Shown here: in pieces, positions 38,613 through 53,347 of the stretch
Layout: the number at the start of each line of letters is the position of its first letter
Position numbering within the stretch: position 1 is the first letter of the stretch
Assembly (NCBI GenBank): GCA_964016885.1
Contig: OZ024743.1
Span: 214,272,001-214,336,000 of the forward strand
Direction: 5' to 3'
Length of the DNA stretch: 64,000 nucleotides
DNA from: Eledone cirrhosa
Taxonomy: Eukaryota
Program-made: the position numbers and the translations under genes
The notes under the pieces: model-generated
What the model was told of the DNA's origin: nothing
The model's database searches: none
What the model saw: the letters and a program-made list of their open reading frames with translations, nothing else

Positions 38613-39000
38613 TTCTTCTTCTTCTTCTTCTTCTTCTTCTTCTTCTTCTTCTTCTTCTTCTTCTTCTTCGCCCACTTATTCATAAACACTCCCTACAACG
38701 TGACCGAAGAGACGGAACCGTTTCCAACTGATCCGGCTGTGGCCCCTAGCAAGACCAGCCAAGCTCATGGATGTTATCCAACCATCCTTTTCGGGGTCTA
38801 CCATTGCCACTCCTGCCGGTTTCTTTTGCCCGTTAAATCTGTTCATACTAATCACATGTCCATAGTATAGGAGCCGTCATCTCTCAATTCGGAGAAGTAG
38901 TGGCTCTACAAAATGTGAGTCTCTGATCTCAGAGCTACACACTCTAACAAATAACATTACTCCGAAACCCTTCAAAGGAACTCCATGTCAGCCGCTTCTA
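38613..39000 (-). mobile_element. RTE-clade (Rex3/Expander-like) LINE 3' fragment with a (GAA)n tail
   Basis: The minus strand reads EAADMEFL*RV...SSEIRDSHFVEPLLLRIER*RLLYYGHV...GRPRKGWLDNIHELGW, the characteristic RTE C-terminus. The tail is (TTC)n at 38613-38669 on the plus strand. Confidence 0.75.
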
Positions 39001-39423
39001 TTCGTATTTACATTATTTCGATCATTACCCAATATTTATGACAATAGGTAAGGGTGGGCACCAAAACCGAATTGAAGATAGCATGATTGTGCTACTGATG
39101 ATTATGTTGTCCTAAGAACGTCTTTCGTAACAGAAGGTTATTTGAAGCATGCATCATGCCTCATTTAGCCTCATATTTGAAAGCGAATGGAGTCACTCAG
39201 TAAATCTTTTCAAAACTGATTCATCAGTACCTAGGATTTCTAATGTATGTAAGATAGTTTCTTAGCACTTAGGTGGAATTTTTTATCAACTATTAATACA
39301 AACACAGAAACACACATTCACATATACATACATACAAACGTACACATACATACACACACACACACGCCCAGACATACACACATACAAACCCACACAAACA
39401 CACACACAGACATACAGACACAC

Positions 39424-39465
<42 letters not shown>

Positions 39466-39468
39466 TTA

Positions 39469-39817
39469 TCTATAAAAGGCAGATTGTTGCTGTTGTGTGT
39501 GTGTGTGTGCATGTTCCATGTTTATACCTTTGTACAATTTCAAACCGATTCAACTCAACGTCTGTAAGAATGTTGTAAATGGTGTAACATAGTTCAACGA
39601 CTCTTTATTTATTTCAAACTCACCCACAATTACGGAAATAATCGATAAAACTAAATACATGACGCTTTATCATTCTAATACAATCTGATTTCCTCTCTCT
39701 ACTCCCCTTAACATTCGATAAAACTACATACATGCTGCAACTTTCTCTTATATACGCTTAAACTTACAAACTTCCTTTAGGAACATCGAAGAAAGAAGAG
39801 AGAAAGAAATGAAGGAG

Positions 39818-39867
<50 letters not shown>

Positions 39868-39897
39868 AAGAGAAAGAGAGAGAGAGAGAGAGGGAGG

Positions 39898-39935
<38 letters not shown>

Positions 39936-40479
39936 GAACGTTTGCTTTTGAGTCGAAACAACAATTATTCAAGAGCAACAGATATATGTATTTAACAACA
40001 ACAACAAAAATAGCGATAAATCTTTTTTAAAACATCTCTCAACGAACGTGGAAGAAAGAAGTATCAGTTTATTTACTATACACAATAGTATCATCTATGA
40101 GGTCATTAAACCTGCTAGAAACAGCAGCTAACCCCCCCCCCCATATCACACCCCTCCCTACTGTCTTAAATTTAGAAAACACACATTCGACAACCATGCA
40201 TAACAACTCCATCGCAACACTGTTATTCGGCTGGCATCGTCTACGCGCGTGTTGCGCAAGTACTGTGAAACAATAAATGTCAACACTTCTTTGCACAGAG
40301 ATAATATCCATAGGCGAAACTACAATTGTCACTGCTGGCGCAGCTCCTGCTTCGGCAGTCCAGGTCTGTAATTCATTCACCCAGTGCCTGGCAGATAAAA
40401 AAGTGCTGCCATAAAATGGATGTTGCAACCTAACTTTGGTAACTTACTGACCCCGAGCAACGCCGGGCTTTAATGCTAG
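39469..40479 (+). mobile_element. Non-autonomous Helitron
   Basis: a|TCtataaaaggc...cccgagcaacgccggg (hairpin)-ctttaatg-CTAG|t. This gives TC/CTAG termini in an AT target with no TSD. Confidence 0.72.
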
Positions 40480-41455
40480 TATATATATATGCATATAATT
40501 ATGACAAATACCCCATCTATATCAAACTATTGTATGGGAAATAAAATTTGAATATTTTAAAACAACATATATTTTCGACCATACGCCATTCTATATATAT
40601 ATTTTCAGAAATATTTCGTTGAATAGCTCACGCGCTGTATACAATTGCAACTTAACGGAAACATATACATATGATATACAAAGTTGAAGAGACAGTCATA
40701 TACGCAGACAATCTCCCGCATAGACAATACATATACGTTTACATATTATATTCATACGCAATCGGCCAAACACAGAGCAATATTTACTTTTAATTTACAT
40801 TTACCTCAAGCATTCCATTGAATGCTTTTACCTACTTAAAACTAAGTTGTATCCAGCTACTTGAGATTGAGAGTATGTGTAAAATAAAATACTATATTTA
40901 CAACAGCAGCCACGATATAATAAAACATTAAAATCATTTTTGGAAATGATTGTAATGTATTTGTGTATTTTCTTGTCATTAGATATATTTTCATTACAAA
41001 ATTCTTTCTGTTTTTTCTTTGTTGTTGTTTTTGTTTTGCTCAAATTTATTCGTTGAATTTATTTGGCAAGTTGTTTATCACTTCATTGCAGTAATGGATT
41101 TATCTCCATCCAAATACTTATGGAGTTGAAAGGATGGCTTATTGATCAATATTTTGTTATGTTTTCGTTTGTTTGATTCTTGCCTAAATATATTTAGTTG
41201 TTTATAGACTTTGTGAATTTCTGTAGCTTCATCCTTGACAATGTGAGACAGTTAGAATAAATTGCAAAATTGTGTTATTCTAATATTTGCCTATATTAAA
41301 TGCGGATGGGAGGGTGTATATATTTCACCATCTCTCTAGCTTTCCGCGTTTATCCTCCGCCTCCGCCTCCTCCACCTCCTCCTCCTCCTCCTCCCTATTC
41401 CGCTCTCAATATGTTTCACTTCCATTCTCTCTTTCCCCTCATACACACACACACA

Positions 41456-41541
<86 letters not shown>

Positions 41542-41745
41542 CTATATATATATATATATACGATATTAACAAATGGAAACTATATTTATGAAACCATATC
41601 TATTTTATTATACATATTTCAAGGATACCATGTTAAATTATGGTATGCTTTCATCAGACAGAATACAATATATACCAGTTTTATAAATAAATATTGACAT
41701 ACCCTTTTAAAATGCAACCGTTACTTTTGGAAGACATCAGGGATA

Positions 41746-41796
<51 letters not shown>

Positions 41797-41800
<4 letters not shown>

Positions 41801-42893
41801 TGAGAGACGTAAAATAAGTAAATTTACTAATTCTTTATAATTATCTCCAAATTATTTTGTCGAGCCAAAATTGGCCAAAACTGCCACTATAGTTGATAGT
41901 AACAGTCCGGCTGCTGTCTTCTTAACAAACCACTCTTCACTGATTGACCTCGATGTCATGTGATTGATTCTTTTGAATTTGCTACCGACGCAGTAGGCAG
42001 TGATTTTTTCAATGGCTTGGAACTTAGTCCACGCTTTGCTTTTTTCCATCCACTGAATTATTTTTGTATAAGTTCCCTGTGTCCACGTATTGCCTGGAAA
42101 CTTAGCTGAGAGTAGACTTCCCGAATGACGAAAGGCTTCTCCGTACGTTTCTTCGGAAACTACGTTTATTCCCTTTCAGAAACTAATTAGTTGGAGTGAA
42201 ATTTTAGTAAGTAAGTTAATTTTAATAATTTTCTTATTTTACGTCTCTCATATTATTGTTCTGCATCCCCATGCATTGAACCACAAAGTTACTAAGACAA
42301 AACCTATATATTTGCTGGCATAGATAATTCATCTGTATATATATGTTAGTAAATATAGTAATTCTTTATAATTATCTCCAAATTATTTTGTCGAACCAAA
42401 ATTGGCCAAAACTGCTACTATAGTTCATAGTAACAGTCCGGCTGCTGTCTTCTTAACAAACCACTCTTCACTGATTGACCTCGATGTCACGTGATTGATT
42501 CTTTTGAATTTGCCACCGACGCAGTAGGCAGTGATTTTTTCAATGGCTTGGAACTTAGTCCACGCTTTGCTTTTTTCCATCCACTGAATTATTTTTGTAT
42601 AAGTTCCCTGTGTCACGTATTGCCTGGAAACTTAGCTGAGAATAGACTTCCCAGATGACGAAAGGCTTCTCCGTACGTTTATTCGGAAACTACGTTTATT
42701 CCCTTTCAGTAACTAATTAGTTGGAGCGAAATTTTAGTAAGTAAGTTAATTTTTATAATTTTCTTATTTTACGTCTCTCATATTATTGTTCTGCATCCCC
42801 ATGCATTGAACCACAAAGTTACTAAGACAAAACCTATATATTTGCTGGCATAGGTATGCATCTTTATATATATGTTAGTAAATATACTAATTA
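41797..42893. repeat. ~530-bp tandem duplication preceded by a short inverted piece of the unit, between TA-rich tracts
   Basis: Units ~41818-42348 and 42349-42893 are near-identical. 41800-41818 (atgagagacgtaaaataag) is the reverse complement of ~42233-42251. Confidence 0.85.
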
Positions 42894-42992
42894 TTTATAT
42901 ATATATGTATATAGAAATACTGTATATATATGTGTATATATATATATATATATATAAATTACATGAATCAAAGTTCAGTTTAAATCATTTAT

Positions 42993-43041
42993 TTGCTTAC
43001 AATTGTTTCCTCCAAACCTAGGTTTGATTTCTTCGGAGCAA
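42993..43041 (-). ncRNA. Minimal type I hammerhead variant (U4C), followed by AATAAA
   Basis: Reverse complement ttgct-CCGAAGA-aatcaaacctaggtttggag-GAAA-caattg-TA-agcaa, with palindromic stem III ACAATTGT. The downstream sequence 42958-42987 recurs inverted at 43443-43472. Confidence 0.65.
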
Positions 43042-45724
43042 CTATTTAGTGATTTTTCACATACTTGACCTCTTTATCAACACAAGAGACATACAAAAAC
43101 ATATGTATATATTGACCCACAGTGGGTTGACATCCATCATAATGATATAGCATGGCAATTTACATACAAAGGTTACATTCAAATTAAAGGACAAAATTAA
43201 AGTTCAAATTAAAATAAAATAAAATAAAAATAAAAATAAAACATTGGCAGTTTATGAAGATAAAGCAAGAGGAAAGTTTAGACTAGTCAGTGTATGAAAC
43301 AGTCTCACGTGTGGCATGCACGCGTGTCTTATTTATACAGGATTATAGTGCGGCAGATTGTTACATGTAAAAACAAGCAGTAAAAGCAGGCAATCAATAG
43401 CATCATGGGTGCTGTATTGTTAAAGCATTTTTCACACACACCTGATTTAAACTGAACTTTGATTCATGTAATGTCTATATAACTGCTCTGTAAAACAACT
43501 GATGTTATACATTGAGCTATTTATCTTACTGGTAATAAGATAGTAATGAATTATTGTCTTTCACTATTTAGAGTTTAAATATATATAATCATAAAAGGTT
43601 TTATTATATACATAACCATAAATAGTATCCTTAATACTATATATATATATATATATATATATATTCATACACAAAAATACTAAAGCACAACTATATATAC
43701 ATATATAGTCATTGTGGTGTCGGGATTACGCTGTCATTGTCGCAGAGCAGCGGCTGAACAAGATACCTCAATATTTCTGAAATACCAGAGACAACTCTAA
43801 AACGACTGCATTTCTAAGCGATACTATATTGTGTGAATTCTACCTTTTGAATATATCATAATTGTATCTCGCTGTCCGTCTATGTCTTTCCTCTTCCCAC
43901 CCACTACTTTATCTCTCACTCTCCGTCTCTCAACACATACTCTCACATACATGCACGCACTATTTAAGTGAGCCACAATACTTTGAACATGTGTGAGCTA
44001 GATACATGGTATATTGTGATATGCGTATCCATATTATTCCGACGATCAGGTGCTTGTGATCTTGGCATGGTTTATGCTCTATTAATCAGTGCAATAATAC
44101 GATGTATTAATATATCTATGAAAAGTGTTGTCAGATATAATCTCTTTTATACGACCGGCATGTAGATACATAATCCCCCTTTATGATACACTAATATATC
44201 ATTTAGGTGCAAGAATAGCACATTCCAAAAGTTCATATGTGGTTTTCATAGTAAGACTTTGTGATATTCATGATGCCAGGAATCACTGTTCCTTTGCAAT
44301 AATAGACTCGTATAGAATATATGTAATTCCAACATATAATAGCATAGGTTAATTTGTACCTAAATACGTACAATTCTCTCATACATCGCTAATGCACTAT
44401 TGATAAATTAATAATGGTAAGCCTCGTATTAGTAACGAACATTTATAAATGATATATTCATAGTGGTATCTTTATTATTGGAACACTTAGAATATCGTGA
44501 CATACCTGCTGAAACATAAATATTACAAGTTATTATAGCCTGAATTGATTGTATTGTATGGTGATAGAAATCCTGCTAAAGAAAATACAAGTTGAAATAT
44601 AATATCCTACCAATTGAACTTATGACACCTACATACAAATATTCATCATAAATGTGGGTTTATTTTATATTGAAGAAGAGGACATATCCAACATATTTCC
44701 AAGTTACGATATAATTCATATTCCGAGATATCGGACAAATTGTCGAACTTATTATAGAATGCTTTAATGAAAGCCAATTCCGTACTACGTTGAATCTCAA
44801 CTTACACCAGAATAGCTCAGATATAAATGATGTAACATATTCAATAATATACTCTAGAATTTTGGGGAACAGCGCAGACCATTCCATTTAGAAAATATAC
44901 CTTGCAAACAATGCAAACGATCCCGGACTATTGGGTGGATGTTATATATATTTTAACTGGAATCTGTTAGACACGCAGTGACTAACAATATAATGTTTTA
45001 AGTCTGCATATCTGACATATATGCGTAGCCTGTGAATAAAAGATTCAAGGGATTTCGGTGGCCGTGGTGATCCCTGCCAAACATCTTTTGTAATGTATCG
45101 TCTTATTGGCTAATTTCATCGTCTTATTGGCTAATCAACCAATGAGAGTAATTGTTGTTCAAAAGCATCCACCACTTTGTTTGCACGTTTATTTATCGTT
45201 TCGCTTTTCGAATCTTCCTCCTGTATTTCGTCGTTTTTATCATCAAAATATGTTTCTCGTTTTGGTAAGTTATATTGTATATATGATTTTTTTAATTTAT
45301 ATTAATTTTTTTTTTCAGTTCGTTATAACATGCTTATAATATTGGTTGTATCATATTTACTTGTATATTTGTCCATATTATTGGACAAATGTTTATATTA
45401 CATTATTTTATTATTATTATGTTAGATAATTTTTGTATTATTATGTTAGATTATTTGTATGTAATATTTAATTTTTATTAAATCAACTGTAACAATTATT
45501 ATGTAAAATATATTTATTTAATATTGATTGTTTTTGTAGTTGTTTATATTAAATGTTAGAAATTATTTTTATACATCTTACAATAATATTTATAAGATCA
45601 CTTATAAAATAACAATTATATAATCTAATTACATTACAACGATAATTTATTATTAATATATATCATGTTTAACTACAGTTATTACAAGCGTTGCCTTAAA
45701 CAAATATTAAACTAGACCTGAATA

Positions 45725-46143
45725 ATGCGCAAGCTCAAAAGAGACACATAATGTTATAATAAACATTCAAAAGTTTGGGACTAGAGTTGTTGCTAAACAA
45801 TATTGTAATCATTATCTATCGTACACTCTGGGACATCCTTTTATAAAAAAGAAACTCATAACGAACTCAACACGACACAATAATTATTTAAGTGAATTTA
45901 AAATATAGAATTCGGTTTAAGTGCATTTTGTATTAATCATTACTAAACATCTAATGTGAGATTTTGAAAATTAGCTTAAATAATTATCGTGTCGTCTTGA
46001 GTTCGTTATGAGTATCCTTTTTTATAAAAGGATGCCACAGAGTGTACGATAGATAATGATTACAATATTTCTGAACAACAACTCTAGTCCCACACTTTTG
46101 AAGGTTTATTATAACATTCTGTGGCTCTTCTGAGCTTGCGCAT
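45725..46143. repeat. Inverted repeat with ~168-bp arms (45725-45892 / 45975-46143)
   Basis: The arms are reverse complements with scattered mismatches. Confidence 0.85.
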
Positions 46144-47734
46144 GTTTCACTCTGGCATTGCGTATCTTTATTTTCACAACACATAAGCATTAACGAGAAG
46201 GTACTGTGAGGAACATGAATCAAGAGAATCATTATACCAAGTGTGTTAAATTATTTTGAAAAGAGGTTAAAATAGTTTCCGTGTTTGTGTTGGCAATAAC
46301 AGTATTTATTTAGCTGTCATCAATGTTTAAACCCTTGTGTTCTATAGGCATTTGCAGAAATATATTCCGATTATCTTATTAAAAGTTCTGTCACATGTCT
46401 TGTTCAGTTCAGGATTATACACAATACATGACATGACATGAAATGATTTTTTTTAATTTAATCAATATCTGAAGGTCATTTGATTTATATATATGTGAAT
46501 TATCGTTTGACTTTGAAACTTTGCACGCTATATTATCGATGATACAAATCAGCAAATGGTTGCGTAAATAGGTATCTGAATTTATTGGTAAGAAACTCGC
46601 ACAACGGATAGATAGCAGCAGATCTTCAGAGAAGTAACTCCCCTCAAACAAATATTTCCCCTCTTAATATATGACCCATTATTTCCAATGCGAAATGAAG
46701 CATTTGTTTCGAAACTAAGAATTTGTAAAATTTCATGCAGTATATTTCACGTAGAAAAATATTAAATGCATCACACATAGATTCGAAACTAAATTAATAG
46801 AATATCGGAAGACTATAAAACATAGTTGAATATTTTATGATGCAGAAATAAACTTGCAGTTCACATCATTTGCTAAACCATGCATTGTTCTAATGAAGAA
46901 GTTTGGATTTACTCATGTATGTAAGACAAGTACATAACTTCCGTTAGTAATGAATCTTCTGTATATTGAACTGTAAATTCTTCGATGTCGCTGAATGTGT
47001 AGGTGTGGTGACAGAACAACAATATGTCTTGATTCCTTGGGGAAAATAACAGACGCCGGCTAACGTTCGACATAATCGAGACGTGTCCTGTGACCTTTTT
47101 ATGCCTTACTGATTGAGTGATTTTCAATGAAAGTACTCAGAGATATTAACGCTTCTGTGAATATGAACAAATTGAAGCGCCGTGGAAAGTATGTAGAAAA
47201 TCGTTGATAATTAGAATTCAGTATCAGAAAGTTGTAATATAATTGTTTTCGATGGAATACAAGTTTATATTGGATACCATAATCAAATTGATGGTTGGAA
47301 TGATACCTTACATGAATATATAATAAATCCGAAATTAAAGACCACTGAACCTCCTAGATACAAAATAAAATTTATAATGTATTCATATAATTGTATGATA
47401 TAATCGAGAAACCGAAGTGGCCAGCAATCATGCATGGCTTGGTAGGATATACCATGCTTTACGTAAGAGATTAGCTGAAAAGAAAGAGCAGACCAAACAG
47501 TGAAGTGGTAAATTACTTTATCAAACTTGAAAAGGTTGATCTTGGCAGGATTTGAACTCACAACGTAACGATTCTGCCAAATCGTCCATCTTATACACAC
47601 ACACATGCACAACACAAATACACACACGCAAACATACACGCACACGTACATACAATAACATACACAAACACACAAACAAATATCCTCCCTCCCTATCTCT
47701 CACACACACACACATATATATATATATGTATATC

Positions 47735-48760
47735 AATTTTCTATCTGTTTTGCAGGATTTTCAGCTATTGTTATAATTTTGGAGGGTCGTGCTGCCAATA
47801 AAAAGCAACATGCACCTGTTGTGTTTCACTTCAATGCGTTATTGTAATTTCCCAGTGGGTTTGTTTAATAGCTGGATGGTTGTTTAGTTGCTGATTGCCT
47901 AAGACTTTTCGTCACTCATCTGTGACCTTCCCAGTTGTGTCTCTCCTTTGTTCTATGTTATACCCTCTTCGTATACGCGGGCTGCGCATGCGTTATATCC
48001 GTGTATGTGTGTATGTGTTTAAATATCCATCTATTTAGACATTTATTGTTCTTTGTTTTATCTCTTTCCTACTTATCACTAGTTGGTTACTTGTTCTACC
48101 AGTGTGTGGGGGTGCATGTGTGTAGAGGTGTGGATATGTTTATTTTATTAGTTTTGTTGTAGGGTGTCTTTATATGTTAGGATATTGTTCTTAGTTACTA
48201 AGTTGTGAGGTTTTTAATATTCCACTCATAGTTTCTATTTAGTTTTGTTTGGGTTTGTTTATTTGTGTTGCCTCCGGGCTGGATATGATTCTTATCTTAG
48301 CCACGGCAGAAAACACACCTGTTTAGTGACATTTTCTTAACGAAAATTGTATCTGTAATCTGAATAATGTCTGTGAATATTTAGTCATTTAAATGTTAAT
48401 ATCACGTGTTAACCGTTCAGTTGATCTTTCAACTGGAGCATGCATTTTCCGAACGCTACGATGTTATATTAACAAATATTGGCAGGATATGATTGTCAAC
48501 TCACATTTTCATATCTCACTTCTAAGTATCTTCTTCTCTTTATTTGACCTTTCAAATCCTATACGCAGATTCTTATGTTGCTTTAAGTGTTCTTAAAACA
48601 TCATGGAATATTGTTAGTTGCCAGAAAGAAAGACTCTTCAGCTTTCTGCTCACTCAGCAAATGAATTACGTTCCTTTACAACTAACAGGGTGTTCCACCC
48701 TTACATCCTACCTTGTTCTTGCTCTTTTAATGTTATCAATGATTATATAATGTAATTATA
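47735..48760 (-). mobile_element. Possible old Penelope-like relic (family D pseudo-LTR with a decayed HHR at ~47895-47936)
   Basis: 47760-47960 aligns by eye with 21700-22100, including ggtcacag...gtgacgaaa. The upstream coding remnants are very weak. Confidence 0.35.
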
Positions 48761-50902
48761 CTATCTGTGGAGAAGTGTACTTTTCTTGGTTTCGGAGCCT
48801 CAAGATGAAATTATATATATAGGCTCCTACACCAAATACATATGCTGCATTGAAAATTGTTAGCCTTTAAGTTTCTGGAAGTTCTAAGGGATGAGTGAAT
48901 TTGTCTTAATAAAAAACTTTGATAGACACGATCCCCTCAGAAAACAATTAGGTCTCATGTGTGCGGTTTATATCAAAACCACTGCTGCTACATTGTTCAT
49001 GAAAACCCGACAATTTCACACATATGATTAGGAATCACATCTCCTGCACTAAATTTAACTAACTCGTCAGGAACTAACGCACATTTACAGCATGCTATAA
49101 TAAACAGAAACGCTACGTATCTCTGAATATAAGTTCTGATATCAAGCGGAGACGAAACAATCAATATAGAAAACATTACTTACAGGCCATTATAAAATAC
49201 TACGACAACAAATGCCGTAAACACCAATCATTCAGGAGATCAAAATTATAAACATTGGCTAGAATCTTCATTTTCCCATGAAGTATCGAAATGTTTACAA
49301 TGAGGTATAAAAATATACTACATTAGAAAAGAAATCGAACGCAGTCGTTTTTTTAAAACACAACATTTACTAATTCTCAACACACACACACACAGATACG
49401 TGTATATATGTCATACGAATGTGCGCATGCACCTGTGTTTGAGTGAATATATGTGTGTGCGGACGTAGGTCATTAAGAACAAGAAGTGATAAAAAAATAC
49501 GGAATACAACGGGAAATAATTCAAAGCTTTTGGAAAGTAAAACAAGTCAAAGAAAATATATATAAACTGCCATATAATTGAGTAGTTAGGGAGATAAATT
49601 TTCTTTGAGACTGACATACTTTTAACAGACAAAGCGAATGGAAGCAAAGAATTGTCTTTGAAATAAATACTAATATTATTGATTATACATTTTAATTTCT
49701 CTCGCTGTCGACATAGCTGTATTATCACAGTAGAATTCAATGTTGTCTTGTATAGATATATTCAACAATTTAACCAGTGGGTCAGGTATTCAGAAGGAAT
49801 CGCACACGTTTCCTTCCTGAAACAAACAATTGACTTTCTTATTAAGAATTCAGCATTCTATTGCTATTGTTTCGAATATGGTATGAAAACAAACGGTTGG
49901 TTATATATATTCTAATTTCGATGCAGCGTATTGCTTTGCAAACATTACTTTATTTACTTATTTCACTTGATATAGTTTCTTGTTCAGGAAACAAATCCAA
50001 TGTTCATACTGTCTTCATATATGTATTTATTCAGTTGAGATGAACGCAGGTTAGCGGACAAATATTACTGTTTAATCAATGAAACAAATGCTTATGGCTA
50101 TTATCTTTCATAAAGTGTTTAGTGTAAGATGAGAAATGTATATTGTATTCAGTCAAAGACTCCCAAGGGTCAATAACATTTAAATTGATCGGTCTTCTGT
50201 TCTCCTTTCTCTTTACATCACATAGTGAATCACATTTAGTCAGGCGTAAATGCCAGAACCACAATCTGTGTCCTCCCCTAGATTAACACAATATTTTTAT
50301 AGACAAAGTGAGAAGGAATATATGAATAAACAATTCCATTCTATAAAATAATAAGATACAGTGGATGACATGGAAATGGTAAAGTAATACTATAATGCAG
50401 AGAAATGAATGAATATTACAAACTATGAATGTTCCCAGACTCACCTGCTGCAAATATGATTCCAGTAATCGATTTTTTTCCCTGGCAAAGCCAAAGTAAA
50501 ATATTTATACACTATAACACGCTACTGCTTCTTGTTCCTTATAATTAGAGCTTCTTTTACTAGTATGCTACGTTTCCTATATGAAATAATTACATTTCGC
50601 ATTGATAAATATTTTAATAATTTTAATGCATGAAACATGGAATGTTAAAAGAATTCAGTATTTGGAAACGGCATCCCAAACGCCCGCGCGGTAAATGCAT
50701 TAAACATCTATATAAATATTAGAATATATTACTGTTGTGTTAATTGTTTGGCTTGAATGTTGTAACGTACAAGCGAATATACCTAACTAATTAATAGATG
50801 CACTAGATTCCATTTTTTATTGAAATTTCATATACGACCGAATACTTAATTGCCCACCAAGATACTGTATAATGCTCTGATGTTAAAGTATAGTCTGAAT
50901 CA

Positions 50903-51119
50903 TATAGAGGATCGGTTAAAATGTTCGTAGGCTAACCATGAAGAGGTGATGCTAGAGATGTGAAATCTTCATGCATTAATTTCAACTCTTCTTATTAATA
51001 TCTGCATCGGTTCTTTACCTATCTATGTTGAAAAATGAACCTCATTTGGTCATTCCATGAGATTATCTTGGTGAGCCTATGAATCTTTCTGCTGATGAAA
51101 GTTTCAGCCATCCCTCGTA
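50903..51119. mobile_element. Mariner-derived MITE
   Basis: Imperfect TIRs (gaggatcggttaaaatgttcgtaggctaacca / tggtgagcctatgaa...ttcagccatccctcg-ta) resembling TA-CGAGGG mariner ends. Confidence 0.55.
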
Positions 51120-51673
51120 TACCGGATTTCATAACTTCCATTTATGGGCGATAACAGCGATGTATGTTCATCTTATTTTGTACTACAGAATATATCTACA
51201 AATTGTCTACATTGACAATATCTTCACGGATAATGTATGAACAACTAGATATCCATTCCAGTTTTACTGAACACGAAGTTATCGAATATGATTCTCAGCT
51301 ATTTACATCTGCGTATTAGATACAGTATTGGCTAAATCCCAAATATATATTCTATGCTGCAACAAGTATAATAATTTTAAAGTTATCAATGTGTAACGCA
51401 AAATAAGTAAAAATTGGTTTTAATGTTTAGGAATGAGTTGTTGCAGTTTGTGAAAATAATTAATATAAAATGTGATTGTGGGCAGTGTTTATTTAATATA
51501 TGCATACATACAAACTATATGTCGTCTTAAATCTATAGAATCTATAAAAGCCACATATATATCGTTATATGCGAAGGAACGAGTGTGCCTCTACGATGCT
51601 ATACAAACTGCTAGATATAGCAGACAAATATCCTTTATCAAAATCTGTATTTTTAGAAGATGAAGTCGTCTTG

Positions 51674-51762
51674 AATAATTGTTTCTACTTTAGGCACAAG
51701 GCCAGCAATAACCCAGTGCATTACTGGTACTTTATTTTATCGACCCCGTAAGGATGAAAGGC
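51674..51762 (-). mobile_element. SINE 3' fragment (another 5' fragment at ~47520-47590)
   Basis: Matches the SINE 3' half. Confidence 0.8.
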
Positions 51763-53111
51763 GGCTTTAACAACAGTATGTTTGTAAATATGACAGTCAC
51801 TGGGTGATATAATGGCTTTTAATATCTGACTGAACTGTCAGAGATGACCTGGTGTTAAATAATACAATAAATAAGCGGGAATGTTTTTCTTGAACTCATT
51901 ACACATATTTCCATACATATTTATAACATGTTTATAAAAGAAATTGAATACATATGCATATGGGAGTGAGTGTGAGTATAAGATGTATTTATTACAAATT
52001 AACCTATACTGCACATTCAGTATAAACCTAACTTTAGTGTTATAAGTTAATCAGACATTCAAAAGCTACAAGTCAAATGGTTTTACTTATTTAACTTCTA
52101 TATCTTTTATTTATTTATATTATAGTAAAATGTGTACTCGTGAATAGTTTATTATAAATCACCATTAATGTTCCATTATTTGCATTGTAAAACATAACAC
52201 GTGAACAATATTCCATTCTCATACTATAAACAACCATTACCTTGTCAAAATATGGAGGTTTAAAAATACGATAAACATTTCCATTGCCACAGAAATAACA
52301 ATGTTTATACAAGGTGGAATTTCAAGAAAACGCTATGCTTTTTTTTATTTATTATTTATGGAAAGGAGAGCACAGCATTTTCTTGATTGTATTTTTGTAG
52401 GTAATGGTGGAATACAGTCAACGTGTAAAACTTAGGAAAATGCGAATTACAATAATCGTAAACATATAGTGCAAATATGAATCTTTTAATCTTAATATGT
52501 TTAATTAAGGAAACGATAAAAAACTAACATGAGGCGGTAAGCAGAAAAAAAAATCATTTCTAAGCCATAGGATATTTAATATCTTGGTACAGTTTTTTTT
52601 TCTAGAATGAGTGGTGGTTGCATGTCATAATTAACAAAATTTAATTTCCCTCATGAATCATATGAAAACATTTAGTATATAATGCCGGATTGAATGTAGG
52701 TAAAGGGGAAATCACTTTCCTCATACAAGAGATGAATAATAAATATATATATATATACAAATATATATATATATATATATATATATGGGCTAAGCCGGAT
52801 GGCTGGAACAGGTAAAAGAGTAAAAGATATATATATATATAATATATATATTTGTATGTGTATGTGTGTGTGTTTGTGAGTGTGGAGATCCCGAAGGAAA
52901 TCGGGTGTAACATCAGTAGCTAAGGTAATCAATACGCAGCTAGAGTGTGAACAAGAAAAAAATAATATACATATGGCTTCTACAAGGTGAGCACTATTTA
53001 TTTTGTATCAAATCATCAGGGCATTCCAGATAATTCCATATGAATGAAACAGTTCTATTCATGTAGAAGCCATTTCCATATTTATACTTCGTTTTATGTA
53101 TATATATATAC

Positions 53112-53302
53112 ACACCGAGCATTATAATAAATGTACGGTGAATCCATACATACATATATATATATATGTGTGCATGTATGTATATATATATACATATTAC
53201 TGTACGTCTGTATACATATATGTGTGTACGTGTATATACTTATATTTAAGTAACAGCCGTACTAAGAGTGGGAAATGAAATTTCGTTTCATTTTTTCCGT
53301 TT
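53112..53302 (+). repeat. Family A fragment lacking the ribozyme
   Basis: accgagcattataataaatgt...taacagccgtactaagagtgggaaatgaaatttcgtttcat matches 20968-21150. Confidence 0.8.
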
Positions 53303-53347
53303 ATATATATATATTTAAAAGAATAGAGGTGTAACACACAAGTTATG

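Noticed and set aside
46415-47127. Minus-strand peptides faintly like a P-element/THAP transposase (YFSEDLLLSIR...TYLRNHLL)
   Set aside because: Too short and degraded, with no catalytic motifs or termini found.
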